64,000 bases of DNA from Eledone cirrhosa (GCA_964016885.1 OZ024745.1:20398001-20462000), one strand, 5' to 3'; counted from the stretch's first letter, positions 46,333 through 59,209 are shown. Notes: a model not told the origin generated them from the sequence alone. Translations and numbers: made by a program.

Positions 46333-46547
46333 CATATATATATATATATATGAATATATATATATATATGCATATATATATGCATATATATAAATATACA
46401 TACATACATACATATATATATACATACATATATATATGTTTGTGTGTGTGTGTGTGTGCATATATATTTATACGTTTATATATATATGTATATCTATATG
46501 TGTGTGCATATTTATATATATTATATATATATATGTGTGTGTGTGTG

Positions 46548-46598
<51 letters not shown>

Positions 46599-46605
46599 GC
46601 GTGCG

Positions 46606-46682
<77 letters not shown>

Positions 46683-46814
46683 CTGGATGTGTTTCTGTAT
46701 GCGTGCGTGTGTTTCTTCTATATATGTTAGTGTGTGTATTTAGAACGATGCAGTATAAAACTTTCAGTAACACCTGACTTGTGAGACACTTAACATAAAC
46801 GTGTTTTATGTGTG

Positions 46815-46895
<81 letters not shown>

Positions 46896-46899
46896 CACT

Positions 46900-46955
<56 letters not shown>

Positions 46956-47304
46956 AAAAGAGACAGAGAGAACTAGAGTGAGAGAGGGAGACGGTGTGGG
47001 GATATAGAATATATAGAAAGATAAATAGAAAGGAATTGGCAGATAAGATATTGAGATTTGTCTGTTAGTTTTAAGAAAAGGAAGTCCTAATAAACATGGG
47101 CTTAATATACAACTACACACAAGTCTATAAACCTAAGTATTTCATACTAAACACCCAGGTTACAGAGATTGGTTAAATGATAAATGTATAAGACCCCAGA
47201 AAACGACGTGTTGTCCTTTCTATTAAGTAAAGTAGAATATTGACAAGGTAGGACAACAACCAGAGAATCAGGCTAAACTATATGATGCAATTCTGAGAAT
47301 ATAT

Positions 47305-47339
47305 CTGATGAGCAATATCTGTGCTGAAACCAGTGGGTC
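47305..47339 (+). ncRNA. Hammerhead-like motif with poor stem I
   Basis: CTGATGA-gca...tgc-t-GAAAcc(agtg)gGTC. Confidence 0.35.
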
Positions 47340-47390
47340 ACAGTGAACTCTTTCTCTCTACCTACTTCACTCTATCTGACACACACAAAC

Positions 47391-47434
<44 letters not shown>

Positions 47435-47809
47435 GGGGAAGGAGAGAGAAGTAGGGAGAAAGTGATATGTAAAATCCCGTCCGCGACGCTAAGCGGTTTT
47501 GGCGTGTGTGTTGTGCAAGCCATTTCAAAAGGTTTGCTGATGCCCCCTCACTCACTATATATATATATATTGGAAAATGTATGAGATCCTTGGGACAGTT
47601 CGGTATATTTGAAAAAAGGGAAAAGAATGACTTCACTTGTAGTTGGTATTCTATAACCATTTAATTTTATCATTTTACAAATTTATAATCTACATACCAA
47701 AATTATAAAATTATATTGTTTTTATAACTATATAAAATTATATAAAATTATGAAATAATAGAATACCAGCTACAAGTGAAGTCACTCTTTCCATGTTTTC
47801 AAATATATA

Positions 47810-47888
<79 letters not shown>

Positions 47889-47889
<1 letters not shown>

Positions 47890-49133
47890 TAGCAGCAGGA
47901 CCCGGCGTTGCACGGGGTAGGAAACGTGAAATAGCAACACGCATATGCAATGATTGGGGAATATAGCTGTGTTCTTTTTTAATTCCCTTGTTCTCAGGGA
48001 ATGGTTGAGGAGAGACGTAGTCAATTGTGTGAAAACCAAGTAGGGGTGTTCGTTTAAGCAGGGATATTGAGATGGCGAAATCAGCGTGGCAACGCAGCTG
48101 CAGCAGAAGGGGGTCATAGTGCAATTAGCACAAGCACTGGACGGCACTGGTTGCAATGCGTTTACACAACAACAAAGGTGCGACAAAATGGGTCACCGCG
48201 GAATTAGTACAACCGCTGTTCGGCGTATTTGCTCAGGGTGTTCATACTGCGGTGTAGGAGCAACAAAAAGGGGTCTTAGTAGAAGTATCACAGACGTGAG
48301 TTTTACGGTGTCAATAACACGGCAACGTACACAGGGCCCGGATTTGTGATGAAAGCACGAAGCGTCAACAGGGTGCCGACAAAAATTGTAAGGTCCTCTT
48401 CATTTCCTCAATCCCCCGAAAATGGTCCTGCTTAAAAGTAAGTAAGTGTTGTGTCCTCTGTTAAATAAACCAAATTTTTTAACGAAATATTATACGCTAC
48501 TTACGATATTTAAGTAGCGTTTATATTGAAAATGAAAATGGCATGTAATGCCGAATGCTAATTCGCAAATTTCCTAGAAACCTTTAATGGAATCGGAAAT
48601 TTCTTTTGTCCACAGTAATGCGAGGGGAGTAATTAATGTGTGCTGCAAATTTCGAGGAAATCAGCTGGATTAGCTTTAAGTTACACCTCAAAAAAGCCTA
48701 GATGCGGGCAGAAAAAGTTAAAAGTGTTTTAGCCAATTGCACTTCCAGAAATATAAGTAACGCTTATATGTGTAAAATTTGAAAACAATCGGTCGGGTAC
48801 TTCTCGAGTTTTAGACATCCTCTGTTTATATATATATATATTATATATATATGTAAAGTTATATTTAAAATTGTTGGGTTACAACTATTTTCACTGCTAG
48901 AGTAAACCTCTTCAAATGAAGTTGATGTTTATTACGGTATGTCGAATATATTTATCTATAAAACTGTTTATATTGTATTTTGTCTGATGAAGGCATAGCA
49001 TATTGTTAATATGATATCCCCGAAATATATATAATGAAATAGATATGGTTTTATAAATATAGTTTTCCATTTATTTAATATTGTATATTATATATATATA
49101 TATATTAGGGATTTACACAGACAGACATCCTCT

Positions 49134-49175
<42 letters not shown>
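47889..49175 (-). mobile_element. Non-autonomous Helitron interrupted by an H1 hammerhead fragment
   Basis: Minus-strand 3' end cccgtgcaacgccggg hairpin then CTAG|T; other end (TA)n-aacagaggatgtctgtctgt typical of Helitron-N 5' ends. Confidence 0.65.
48976..49041 (+). ncRNA. Type I minimal hammerhead, family H1
   Basis: tattttgt-CTGATGA-agg...catatt-gtt-aatatg...cccc-GAAA-tatatATA-atgaaata. Confidence 0.7.
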
Positions 49176-49176
<1 letters not shown>

Positions 49177-49177
<1 letters not shown>

Positions 49178-49636
49178 CTTAGTCTTAGTCTTAGTTCCTC
49201 CAGTCCCTTGTGGAACATTGGGCGACGAGCTTCCTCCACTTGATCCTGTCACTGGCGACCCTTCTAGCACCTCTCCAGGTAATTCCCATCTCCCGCAGGT
49301 CCTTCCTGAATGTGCTCCGCCATGTTTTTCGTGGTCTTCCCCGTTCTCTCCTGCCACCTTCTGGTACCCAATCCATGGCAATATGAGCAGGTCGATCTGC
49401 CGGCAAACGAAGGATGTGGCCCGCGAATCGCCGTCTCCTTTTCCGGACAATGTCAAATTCCGTGTTTACATGTCCATTGTAGTACCAACAGAGATATATG
49501 CCTGTGAGACATGGAAGAGTACGGAAAGTGTATGTAACAAGCTTGATGTATTCCACCGTCGTTGCATTCGGACCATATTGAACATTTCACGGAGAGACTA
49601 AGTTAGCAACGAGGAAGTGATGAGGAGGTCAGGATT

Positions 49637-49638
<2 letters not shown>
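49177..49638 (-). mobile_element. RTE LINE 3' end with (CTAAGA)3 tail and an inverted 5' segment
   Basis: Minus: IVRKRRRRFAGHILR...GRPRKTW...; plus 49449-49638: YACETWK...LDVFHRRCIRTILNI...NEEVMRRSG. Confidence 0.88.
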
Positions 49639-49732
<94 letters not shown>

Positions 49733-49755
49733 GTACCCGACCGATTGTTTTCAAA

Positions 49756-49849
<94 letters not shown>

Positions 49850-49879
49850 GGTGTGTGTATGTGTGTGTCGGTGTGTGTG

Positions 49880-50170
49880 CATCAGAAAATCTGATCTGTG
49901 TTGACTTGCTCAGGTTGTCGAGAGCACTACATAGGCAAACCAAAAACAGCCTCCGACAACGTCCATAGATCCCAAATCAAAATACGGGAATACAGAAAGA
50001 TAGCCCTAAGTGAATATATCGCGACCTGCAAATCCAATGAACAACCCAATTTTAGAATTTTTCCCATCTACATATTCAAAGAGAATGCCTCCTACATCCA
50101 ACGCATTAGCAAGGAATCACAATTTATTGCCAAATACAAACCCCTTCTAAATGCTTCCACTCCTGACTAA
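49880..50170 (+). mobile_element. Penelope GIY-YIG endonuclease fragment
   Basis: [19 protein letters not shown]...HRSQI...FRIFP...KESQFIAKYKPLLN parallels the C-terminus of ORF 43395..44471. Confidence 0.85.
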
Positions 50171-50981
50171 ACCAAAGCTAGCACACTTTAAAATTAACTC
50201 CCTAGACAAGATTCCAGCAACCTCTGACAACTATATAATGCAGACCAAGCAACCACATAGCATGTCCTGGAGGATCCCCATGAAGGTAATCGGATAAATG
50301 GAAACATTCAGGTGCCAAAGTAAATGCTTTACATTCCCCTGAATCTGGAAGCTTCTGCTGAAGATAGAATGGGTATTCCAGTGGCTCTGAACCCCTCTTT
50401 ATAGCAACATTTTCTCCATCCCCTTAAATCTAAAATTACTGCTAGTGATGGAATTAATATTACAATAACTCTAAAAAAAACAACGTCTATGTTGATGATT
50501 TCTTCAAAGAAAAAATACCAATTTTAGCAGCAACCCCCCGGTCAACTCTAAGGTCACCCAGACTTTCAAACCAATTCCAGCCAAACCTTGTATCCACTAT
50601 TCAACCTCCCCTACATCCCCCCTTCTCCTACTCTCCCCTCCTGCTTCTACCCTCTTCAGTCACAACAAAGCCATTAGCAGGGGAAGATGGACTGACAATA
50701 TGACTTTCCTCTATGAAGGAAAACGTATGTGAAACTTAACTTTTCTTCCCCTTTTTATATTTTCTTTTTTTTTTCTTTTTTTGTTATTATCATTATCTTC
50801 ACTACTTGTACAAATATGCAACTTAACAATATTCTGCATATCTGCAATTGACAATGCATTTGATGCTGAAACCGGTATTGTAAATAAATTAATGCTTTCA
50901 AATTTCACTAAAAATATCTCTTCAACATTTTCTACAGAAAAAAACCTTTTTTCCTTTCTACTATTTGTTTATATATATATA

Positions 50982-51032
<51 letters not shown>

Positions 51033-51159
51033 TATATACATATGTGTGTGTGTGTGTGTGTGTGTGTGTAGTGATACAGGTATTTTAAACCTACCATGAG
51101 CCATCCGTTTTTCAGGCTTAAATGCAGCCGATTTCTTTCAGGGAATGAGAGAGAGGAAA

Positions 51160-51392
51160 GATTGATCCCCAGTGCTGAACTAGTACTTGTTTTATCGATC
51201 TCGAATGGAGGAAAGACGACCTTGACCTCGGCGAGATTTGAACTCAGGCCCGTGAACGTCTTAATATGTAACCAATCAGTCATTTACTTGTTTCAGTTAT
51301 GCTGGGGCACTGCATTAATTACATCGAACCATTAGTTAATCTTTCAAGAATAGTACTTATTTTATCGATGACTTTTTGTCGAACCACTAAGT
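51160..51392. mobile_element. SINE fragments (family A plus a third family C)
   Basis: ttgacctcggcgagatttgaactcag; tttcagttatgctggggcac...tttatcgat, also seen at 62905-63060. Confidence 0.55.
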
Positions 51393-51464
51393 CAAGATGA
51401 ACTGATTGACTGGTGGTCAGTTAAAATATCTTATCTTTGTTTTGATCTGTTTATGGACCTAACC

Positions 51465-51777
51465 CAGAGCTTCGCGAACGTTTTGCATCCCCTCCCCTCA
51501 CAACTACGTAATGCCCTCAGCGCCCCCATTTCCAGAGAAACCTGCCAACACGCAAATTGTAAATAATATATAATAAATAAAATCGTTAATTTATATATAA
51601 TAAATAATATAATATATACTATGTATAAATAAATAATACATATTTTTTATTTTGCTATATTTATACATAATATGTATTATCTGATATTTAATATACTATA
51701 ATATTATCTCTACCGCCCCCTGGACCTTCCCAACGCCCCGCCCCCGAGGGTGGTAGCACCCACTTTGAGAACCTCTG
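51465..51777. mobile_element. hAT-type MITE
   Basis: 8-bp TSD ACCTAACC at 51457-51464 and 51778-51785; imperfect TIRs cagagcttcgcgaa / ttgagaacctctg. Confidence 0.8.
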
Positions 51778-52262
51778 ACCTAACCGAATACTTTCATTAA
51801 AAATACTTGCGTTCAGGTGACAAATTACATAATCAATTATTCATTTACTAAGATCATCAGCCTGTCTATATCAACACCTTTCTCTTTATATTTACTGAGA
51901 TTTACTCCTGTTTCATGTTACTTTAACAAGTTTTCTAGTATATCTTTTTTGAGTTAGCATAGTCGTTATTTTAAGAATAATTTAAAATTTTTCTTCGCTT
52001 TTGAAGAAAGTTGTAATTTGGTGTAGGGTGTGAATAAATTAATTAAATTTATAATATGAAGAGATTCTCATTTTGTTCATTAAGGCAAGCTAAAGTAAAA
52101 TGAAGATTATCCACTAAGATAAAACAAACATCTTCCTCTGTACCCAATTCTTCTTGCGATGTCCTAATGAAGAAATTTTGATAAACGAAACTATGTTTAA
52201 CCAAAGTTCTGTCATTAAAAAACTAATTTACTGGACACAAACGGAAATTACATGAGGCTACA

Positions 52263-52372
52263 GAAAAATGCATTATCAATCAAGAAAAATGCATTATCAA
52301 TCACTAAATATACATTATCAATCACAAAATATACATTATCAATCATAAAATATACATTATCAATCATAAAAC
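52263..52372. repeat. Tandem repeat of about 20 bp, about 5 units
   Basis: aaatatacattatcaatca repeated. Confidence 0.85.
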
Positions 52373-52844
52373 ATACATGCAACTATTTCAATTAGGAATA
52401 GCTTATGTTCCACTAAGATACTATATGTCATGACCATAGGGATAAGTTACTGGAATATTCTGCTACAGAAACGAAAACAATTTCTATTCTTTGGTTATCT
52501 ACCAATTGACTTTGACAGAGGAACACTAGTTGAACAAAAAAAAAAAAGAAAGAAAAATAAGAAAAATGAAAGAAGCTTATGAGGGTATACTCGATGTGTT
52601 AGAGATTGAAATGAAATATGTAATCGGTGGGTAAGAAAAGCTGTCCACACTAAAAAATAATGGTTTGTGATTTAAGCACAAGGCCAACACACAGAGGAAA
52701 TAATAATAAAAGAATGAAAGTGTCAATAACAATAGAGTATTTGTTGAATAAAGAAAATATGATTCTTCTACCACCCTCGCCTGGATATGAACTCAGGGCT
52801 TAATGATTCTGCCAAACCATCGCTCTCCAGAATGCAGAATAACA

Positions 52845-53026
52845 GTTTCTGGTTTAGACACAAGGCCCACAAGTTTGGGGAATGGAAAGTCGTTACTGGT
52901 ACTTTATTTAATTAATTCCGTAAGGACGAAAGGCAAAACAAACGTTGGCGGAACATAAAGGACCGTAACTCTATGCCGCAAAGTATGTTGTTCGACGCTC
53001 TACCGATTCTTCTCAAACCACCACCC
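52845..53026 (-). mobile_element. SINE family A (diverged)
   Basis: cacaaggccc...actggtactttattt...aaggacgaaaggcaaa...cgacgctctaccgattc. Confidence 0.65.
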
Positions 53027-53449
53027 TGCGGTATGCAATGACAATGAAAATAATTACTAATATAGCCACCTGACCAGAAATGCTAGGAGTGTGTAGTATA
53101 GATATATCGCCAATAATATATAACTAATACTTCGTTTATTGAACCCTTGAAGGTTTAACAGCTTTATTTCTTTCGTCCCTGTTTATATCCCAAATAAAAA
53201 AAAAACTATCAAAGACACTCCAGCTTCGACCATCCAGTATAAAAGGGCATCAGGCCAGGAAAGACACATGAGAGCCGTTCACTAACAGATCGATAGATGG
53301 CTGCAATAGAATCAGTGATGATAACTTTAAGAAAATATCTATTACAACAGTGAAATTAAATATAAAATAGAAATATGTTTGTAAGGTGGAAAGTGGAGTT
53401 TTAGAATTAAAATAGAAATAGAAGCGTCACCATAACATTGACTTATGGT

Positions 53450-53648
53450 TGCTGATTTAGGATCAAGGTCAACAATTTTTGGGAAAAGGAATCGACCTCA
53501 GTGAATTAATGGTATATTATTTTATCGACAACGTAAGGATGGAAGGCAAAGCTAACCTCGGCGGGATTTGAACTCAGAACGTAAAAGGCCGTAACTATAT
53601 CCTGCAAAGCATGTTGTCCGACGCACTACCGGTTCTCCCAATTCACGG
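53450..53648 (-). mobile_element. SINE family A
   Basis: ttatcgac...aaggatggaaggcaaagctaacctcggcgggatttgaactcag. Confidence 0.8.
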
Positions 53649-53723
53649 TCCTTGACTAAGTAATATAGTCTAGCTGAAACCCATCTTTTTCCGTTCAGTG
53701 GGTTTTTATGCCCCATTATTAGA

Positions 53724-53887
53724 GGGCGGGGGATTGGCAGTATCGGTAGAGGGTCGGACGCCATGCTTTGTAGTCTGAGTTCAAATCCGGCCAAGGTTAA
53801 CTTTGCCTTTTATCCTTACGGAGTCGATAAAATAAAGTACCAGTAATGCACTAGGTAATTGCTGGCCTTGTGCCAAAAGTAGAAACA
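53724..53887 (+). mobile_element. SINE family A (internally deleted)
   Basis: ggcgggggattggcag...gagttcaaatcc...ccttgtgccaaaagtagaaac. Confidence 0.8.
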
Positions 53888-54318
53888 ATTATTAGACTAC
53901 ATTATTGAGTCAATGTTACGGCGACACTTCTATTTCTATTTCAATTCTAAATATAAAAATATTAGTATCCACACAACTGCACTCACATAAAGTCAGCTAT
54001 TGTTCTCATGCAATTGAACCATACTGTTGTTTTACAATATATTATTAATTACAATATATCATTGTTGCTAGAGACAATATTGTTTTCTAGAGTCACTTTT
54101 TTCTCGAATGCTGATTCATCAATCCTACTTTGCAGGTAATAGTTTTCAAGGCGAAATTTAAATCTATTATTAATTTTTGAGCTTTCTTTCACATATATGT
54201 AGTTGATAGAGTTTCTGTTTATATTAGAATAATAGCCTGTTCTTTGTGCGAGCTTAAACGACACGAAATCCCCGCCTTCCCTCAAAGTATATATATCTAT
54301 GTCCATATATGTGTGGAA

Positions 54319-54499
<181 letters not shown>

Positions 54500-54786
54500 T
54501 ATAATATTTAATACAATAACAGAGATAGCTTAACGCTAAACTCCGACTGGTAACCATCTCACTCAACAAACATTAGGTTATATGTTAGTATAACCCAATT
54601 TAAGTGTTTGGGGTGCTAACTATATGTATTTTGTGGAAAGCCAGTTGTATTATTTTATGAGATATAATTAAAGTTAAAATATCTCTCTCCTTATACATAC
54701 ATATATGTATATACATATATGTATATGTATATCTATATATATATATGGAGGCAATTATAGTTCACTTGAAGCATTGTGTAATGAGG

Positions 54787-55161
54787 TATAAACGTTTGTA
54801 TTTGTAAAGCCAAAACAATGTAGGTATGGATATAGAATATAAATGCAAATGCAAAAGATATTGTTGACAATTAGTCTTTTACCTTAAATTTATTTAAATA
54901 TCCTTAATTTTCGAGATAATATCTCTTCTTCGGAGGGAAGTAAAGTGGTTAAACGCTGGTTTAACCACTTTACTTCCCTCCGAAGAAGAGATATTATTTC
55001 GAAAATTAAAGATACTTCCCTCCGAAGAAGAGATATTATCTCGAAAATTAAGGATATTTAAATAAATTTAAGGTAAAAGACTAATTGTCAACAATATCTT
55101 TTGCATTTGCATTTATATTCTATATCCATACCTGCATTGTTTTGACTTTACAAATACAAAC

Positions 55162-55168
<7 letters not shown>
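54787..55168. repeat. Palindrome of about 380 bp with 4-nt loop and hammerhead-like motifs in the arms
   Basis: Axis gtggttaaac-gctg-gtttaaccac; the right arm has a tandem duplication of about 41 bp. Confidence 0.92.
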
Positions 55169-55238
<70 letters not shown>

Positions 55239-55699
55239 TATTAAGATGATATATATTTACACCAGAAACCCGAATGTTTATAATGCTTATTCACATATTT
55301 CTTCAATAAGCAAATAAAATTCTGTTCAGATAGCATTCCTGCATATATAGAGTAGAGCTTTGAACTGTTCCATGTTAATGACGTCACAGGAGTAAGGTTG
55401 TTCTTTCACAAACATGGATGCTACACTTCCCATATAATGTCATATATGTTTAAGGTGTTCTATGCAAAAGAACAAGCAAAGAGGTTGATGTAAATATGTT
55501 TCATTATATCTTCTTATATATCTTTATATGCTAGTAACAGTTCACTCGATGCAGTAGAGCTGTATCACTAATATATCTGATCTAATATGTATGTAAGCAC
55601 ACACACACACAAAATGCACTAGGAAATACAAATATAAAATTTAAAATTCATATCAATATACTCTACATACAAATTTACAAAAATGCATAATATTACAAT

Positions 55700-55738
<39 letters not shown>

Positions 55739-55900
55739 AATTTGAAAAAATGTCTTTAGATAAAAATAACAGGTCCATTCATATATGTATGTATGTATAT
55801 ATATATATATATATACATATATATATACATATATACAATATACATATATATATATATATACAATATATATATATATACAATATATATATAATATATTAAT

Positions 55901-56083
55901 TGTTTCTACTTTAGGCACAAGGCCAGCAATTACCCAGTGCATTACTGGTACTTTATTTTATCGACCCCGTAAGGATGAAAGGCAAAGTCAACCTCGGCGG
56001 GATTTGAACTCAGATCGTAAAGGGACGTAACTATGCTGGAAAGCATGGCATCCGACCCTCTACTGATACTGCCAATCCACCGC
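55901..56083 (-). mobile_element. Full-length SINE family A with 19-bp TSD
   Basis: atatatataatatattaat at 55882-55900 and 56084-56102. Confidence 0.88.
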
Positions 56084-56190
56084 ATATATATAATATATTA
56101 ATAAATGGAAACTATATTTATAAAACCATATTTATTTTATTATTCCATTTTTCAACTTGTTGAAAATCCCAACAAATTAAATATAACCTC

Positions 56191-56249
<59 letters not shown>

Positions 56250-56675
56250 ATATATATGTGTGTGTGTGCGTGTGTGTGTGTATGTGTGTGTATACTAAGA
56301 AAATAAGAAACAGTAGAAAATGCTAATAGAATTTTATCATGGAAAAACAGAAAAACATTTTTTAACCGTTAAGACCGGCTTCCGTCGTTAAAAAATTCGA
56401 CTTCCTCATATTAGAAAAATATAATAAAGTTAAGGTAGATATTAATTAGAAGAGAATATTAAACACCATGTAAACATTTCCATAGTTTACATATAGAAAG
56501 GTCACATTTTCGTTTCTCTCTCTCTTCCTATATTTATAAGCTCTCCTCAGTGAAGTAAACACACACACGTGTGTGTGTTTATTTCACTGAGGAGAGCTAA
56601 TAAAATCAAAACACGACCGTACCTTTCACTGCGCTGGTTTACAGACAAGGATCTTTAACACAGCATGCTAAAGGG

Positions 56676-56904
56676 TTAACCCTTTAGCATTTAAACCGGC
56701 CGTATCCGGCCAGAATTCTCTCACCTATTTCTATCCAAACTGACTGTAACTGGCTGTTCATACTAACATTAAGGTATCGTTCTCAAAATAAATAACATCA
56801 ACATTTTTTAGCTTCAATATTATGTGAGATAATTATGTAAGGTAAAACCTTTACCACAAAAATACAATAGTACATATAGAGTAATGTAAATGCTAAAGAG
56901 TTAA
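56676..56904. mobile_element. piggyBac-type MITE
   Basis: TTAA-ccctttagcattta ... taaatgctaaagag-TTAA. Confidence 0.8.
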
Positions 56905-57293
56905 ATTCTTGTAAAGCGCTTTGATATTCTCAGACTGCAGGAGTTTTCTCCCTTGTTCACCTCTCATTACCTGAACACGCTTTGAAAGTGTTTCGCTCTT
57001 GGAATTCCGTTGATAGTCACAAATGATTGAAATTTTTTGCCATTCTCCCGATTTTCCCTCACCCTTCCTTTAATGTTATCTCTCATTCACCCACACTCAC
57101 ACTTCTCCTCTCATCCCCATATTTAACTCTTTCACTCCTTAAATTCATTCTTTGTTTTCTTTTTTTTTCATTTCATTTATCTTTCAACCTCTCAATATGA
57201 CTGTCTCTCTTCAAACACTATCTCTCTATGCTAAAGTCACGCAATCTCTTTCTTTCTTTCTTTCTCTCTCTCACACTCTCTAATCTCTCTCTA

Positions 57294-57338
<45 letters not shown>

Positions 57339-57339
<1 letters not shown>

Positions 57340-57554
57340 AATAGGAAAAAGTATGACCCCGACGGCAGAGCTCAAGCCGTTTCGACGGCTATTTCTGGAA
57401 ATATTCGTCGAAATACGTCCAGAAATAGCCGTCGAAACGGCTTGAGCTCTGCCGTCGGGGTCATACTTTTTCCTATTTCCCACTCTACTACCCTAAGTAT
57501 TGAGTACTCTGGTGCGTTATGGTCTCTCTGGTTCCTTACCACAATTCTTTTGTT
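57339..57554. mobile_element. Fold-back family F1 copy in opposite orientation, palindrome 57339-57478
   Basis: Perfect arms of about 60 bp, loop aatattcgtcgaaatacg, (TA)n flanks. Confidence 0.9.
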
Positions 57555-57556
57555 AT

Positions 57557-57589
<33 letters not shown>

Positions 57590-58314
57590 GTATAACTGAA
57601 CAAAAAAGAGATATAAACACAGACATATACATATATGTGTTCAAATCGTAATGGACCAGATTCGCTAAGGTGAAAAGAATACTAATTACAGACAATAGGG
57701 TTTGCTAGACTCAATTTAAGAATAAATCAAGAAAAACAAATACAAATCAGAATTGTGGTAACTACCGATCACCCGGACAGTTTTGATAATACTGTTTCGC
57801 AATATTATTTGTGAAGAGGAATACCAAAATCCTAGCTCATCAGCGGGTGAAGAATTATTGGTATTCTGGTTACTTCTAAATATAATAAAAAACTGGATAC
57901 TGTGCATATATGCAACACACATGGTTCCCTAATTTAGCGTGTCTCGCAGACTCACGCCACTAAAAGTTGCAGCCGGGTTTACTCGACATTTGAAATAGCT
58001 CGACAAATTAACGGAGCCGAATATATCAAAGGCGTGTATTGAATTAGAATCTCAAAATAGTCTCATTACAGTAAATTAGCTCCAGGAAAGAGGTTTTTCC
58101 GAGCCGTATAGTATAACTGTAGTTAGTATTCTTTTCCCCTTAGCGAATCTGGTCCATTACGATTTGAACACATGTATGTATATATATGTGTTCAAATCGT
58201 ATATTTTTGTACTATACGGCTCGGAAAAAACTCTTTCCTAGTGCTAATTTACAGTAATGAGACTATTTTGAGTTTCTAACTCAATACATGCCTTTGATAT
58301 ATATATATATATAA

Positions 58315-58532
58315 ATTTATTAAAATAACAGATTAAAGTTTAAGCAAAGAATCGCTGCTTTCACCCTTAACGGGATCTTCAGAAGATCCCGTTAAGGGTG
58401 AAAGCAGCGATTCTTTGCTTAAACTTTAATCTGTTATTTTAATAAATATTTGCTCTACGGTTCTTATATATTTGATATATATTTATCCTTATCGAGCCCT
58501 CTTTGGATTTTAGTCTTCAAATTTATTATTAT

Positions 58533-58535
<3 letters not shown>
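58315..58535. mobile_element. Fold-back family F2 with perfect 133-bp palindrome 58315-58447
   Basis: gggatcttc-a-gaagatccc axis at 58381; relative at 23365-23500. Confidence 0.9.
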
Positions 58536-58569
<34 letters not shown>

Positions 58570-58570
58570 C

Positions 58571-58634
<64 letters not shown>

Positions 58635-58654
58635 ATAACCATCTCTCTCTCTCT

Positions 58655-58690
<36 letters not shown>

Positions 58691-58934
58691 TGTGATAACA
58701 TTTTACACGTTTTTATTGTATGTAAACTTCCCCCTTTGTATTTGTCCCCTTCTTTTGTGCCCCTGTGGCTAAGAAAGAAACATATCTATCTACGAGCTCT
58801 CTCTCTCTCTCTTTCTCTCTCTCCCTCTCTAGCTCCATCTCTCTCGTCATCATTTTCTACAGTTCCCATTCCTATTATCACCATATCATTCCATCGATAT
58901 TAATGTCTTGAATATAGTTTCTATTGCTCCTCTT

Positions 58935-59174
58935 ACAACTGTTGTTGCTGTTGTTGCTGTTGTCCTTGTTGTTGTATCTGCTGCGGTTGTTGTTGTTGTT
59001 GTTGTTTTTGTTGTTGTTTTTGTACCTATTATAGTTGTTGTTGCTGTTGTTGCTGCTGTTATATATGTTACTACAGTTGTTGTAGCTGTTATAATTGTTG
59101 TTGTTGTTGTTGTCGTTGTCGCGTTGTTGTTGTTATTGGTGTTGTTGTTGATATAGTTGTTGTTGTTGTTGTTT

Positions 59175-59209
<35 letters not shown>

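Noticed and set aside
55260-55460. Minus-strand exon after the strong acceptor cttttgcatag
   Set aside because: All three frames hit stops within about 40 nt
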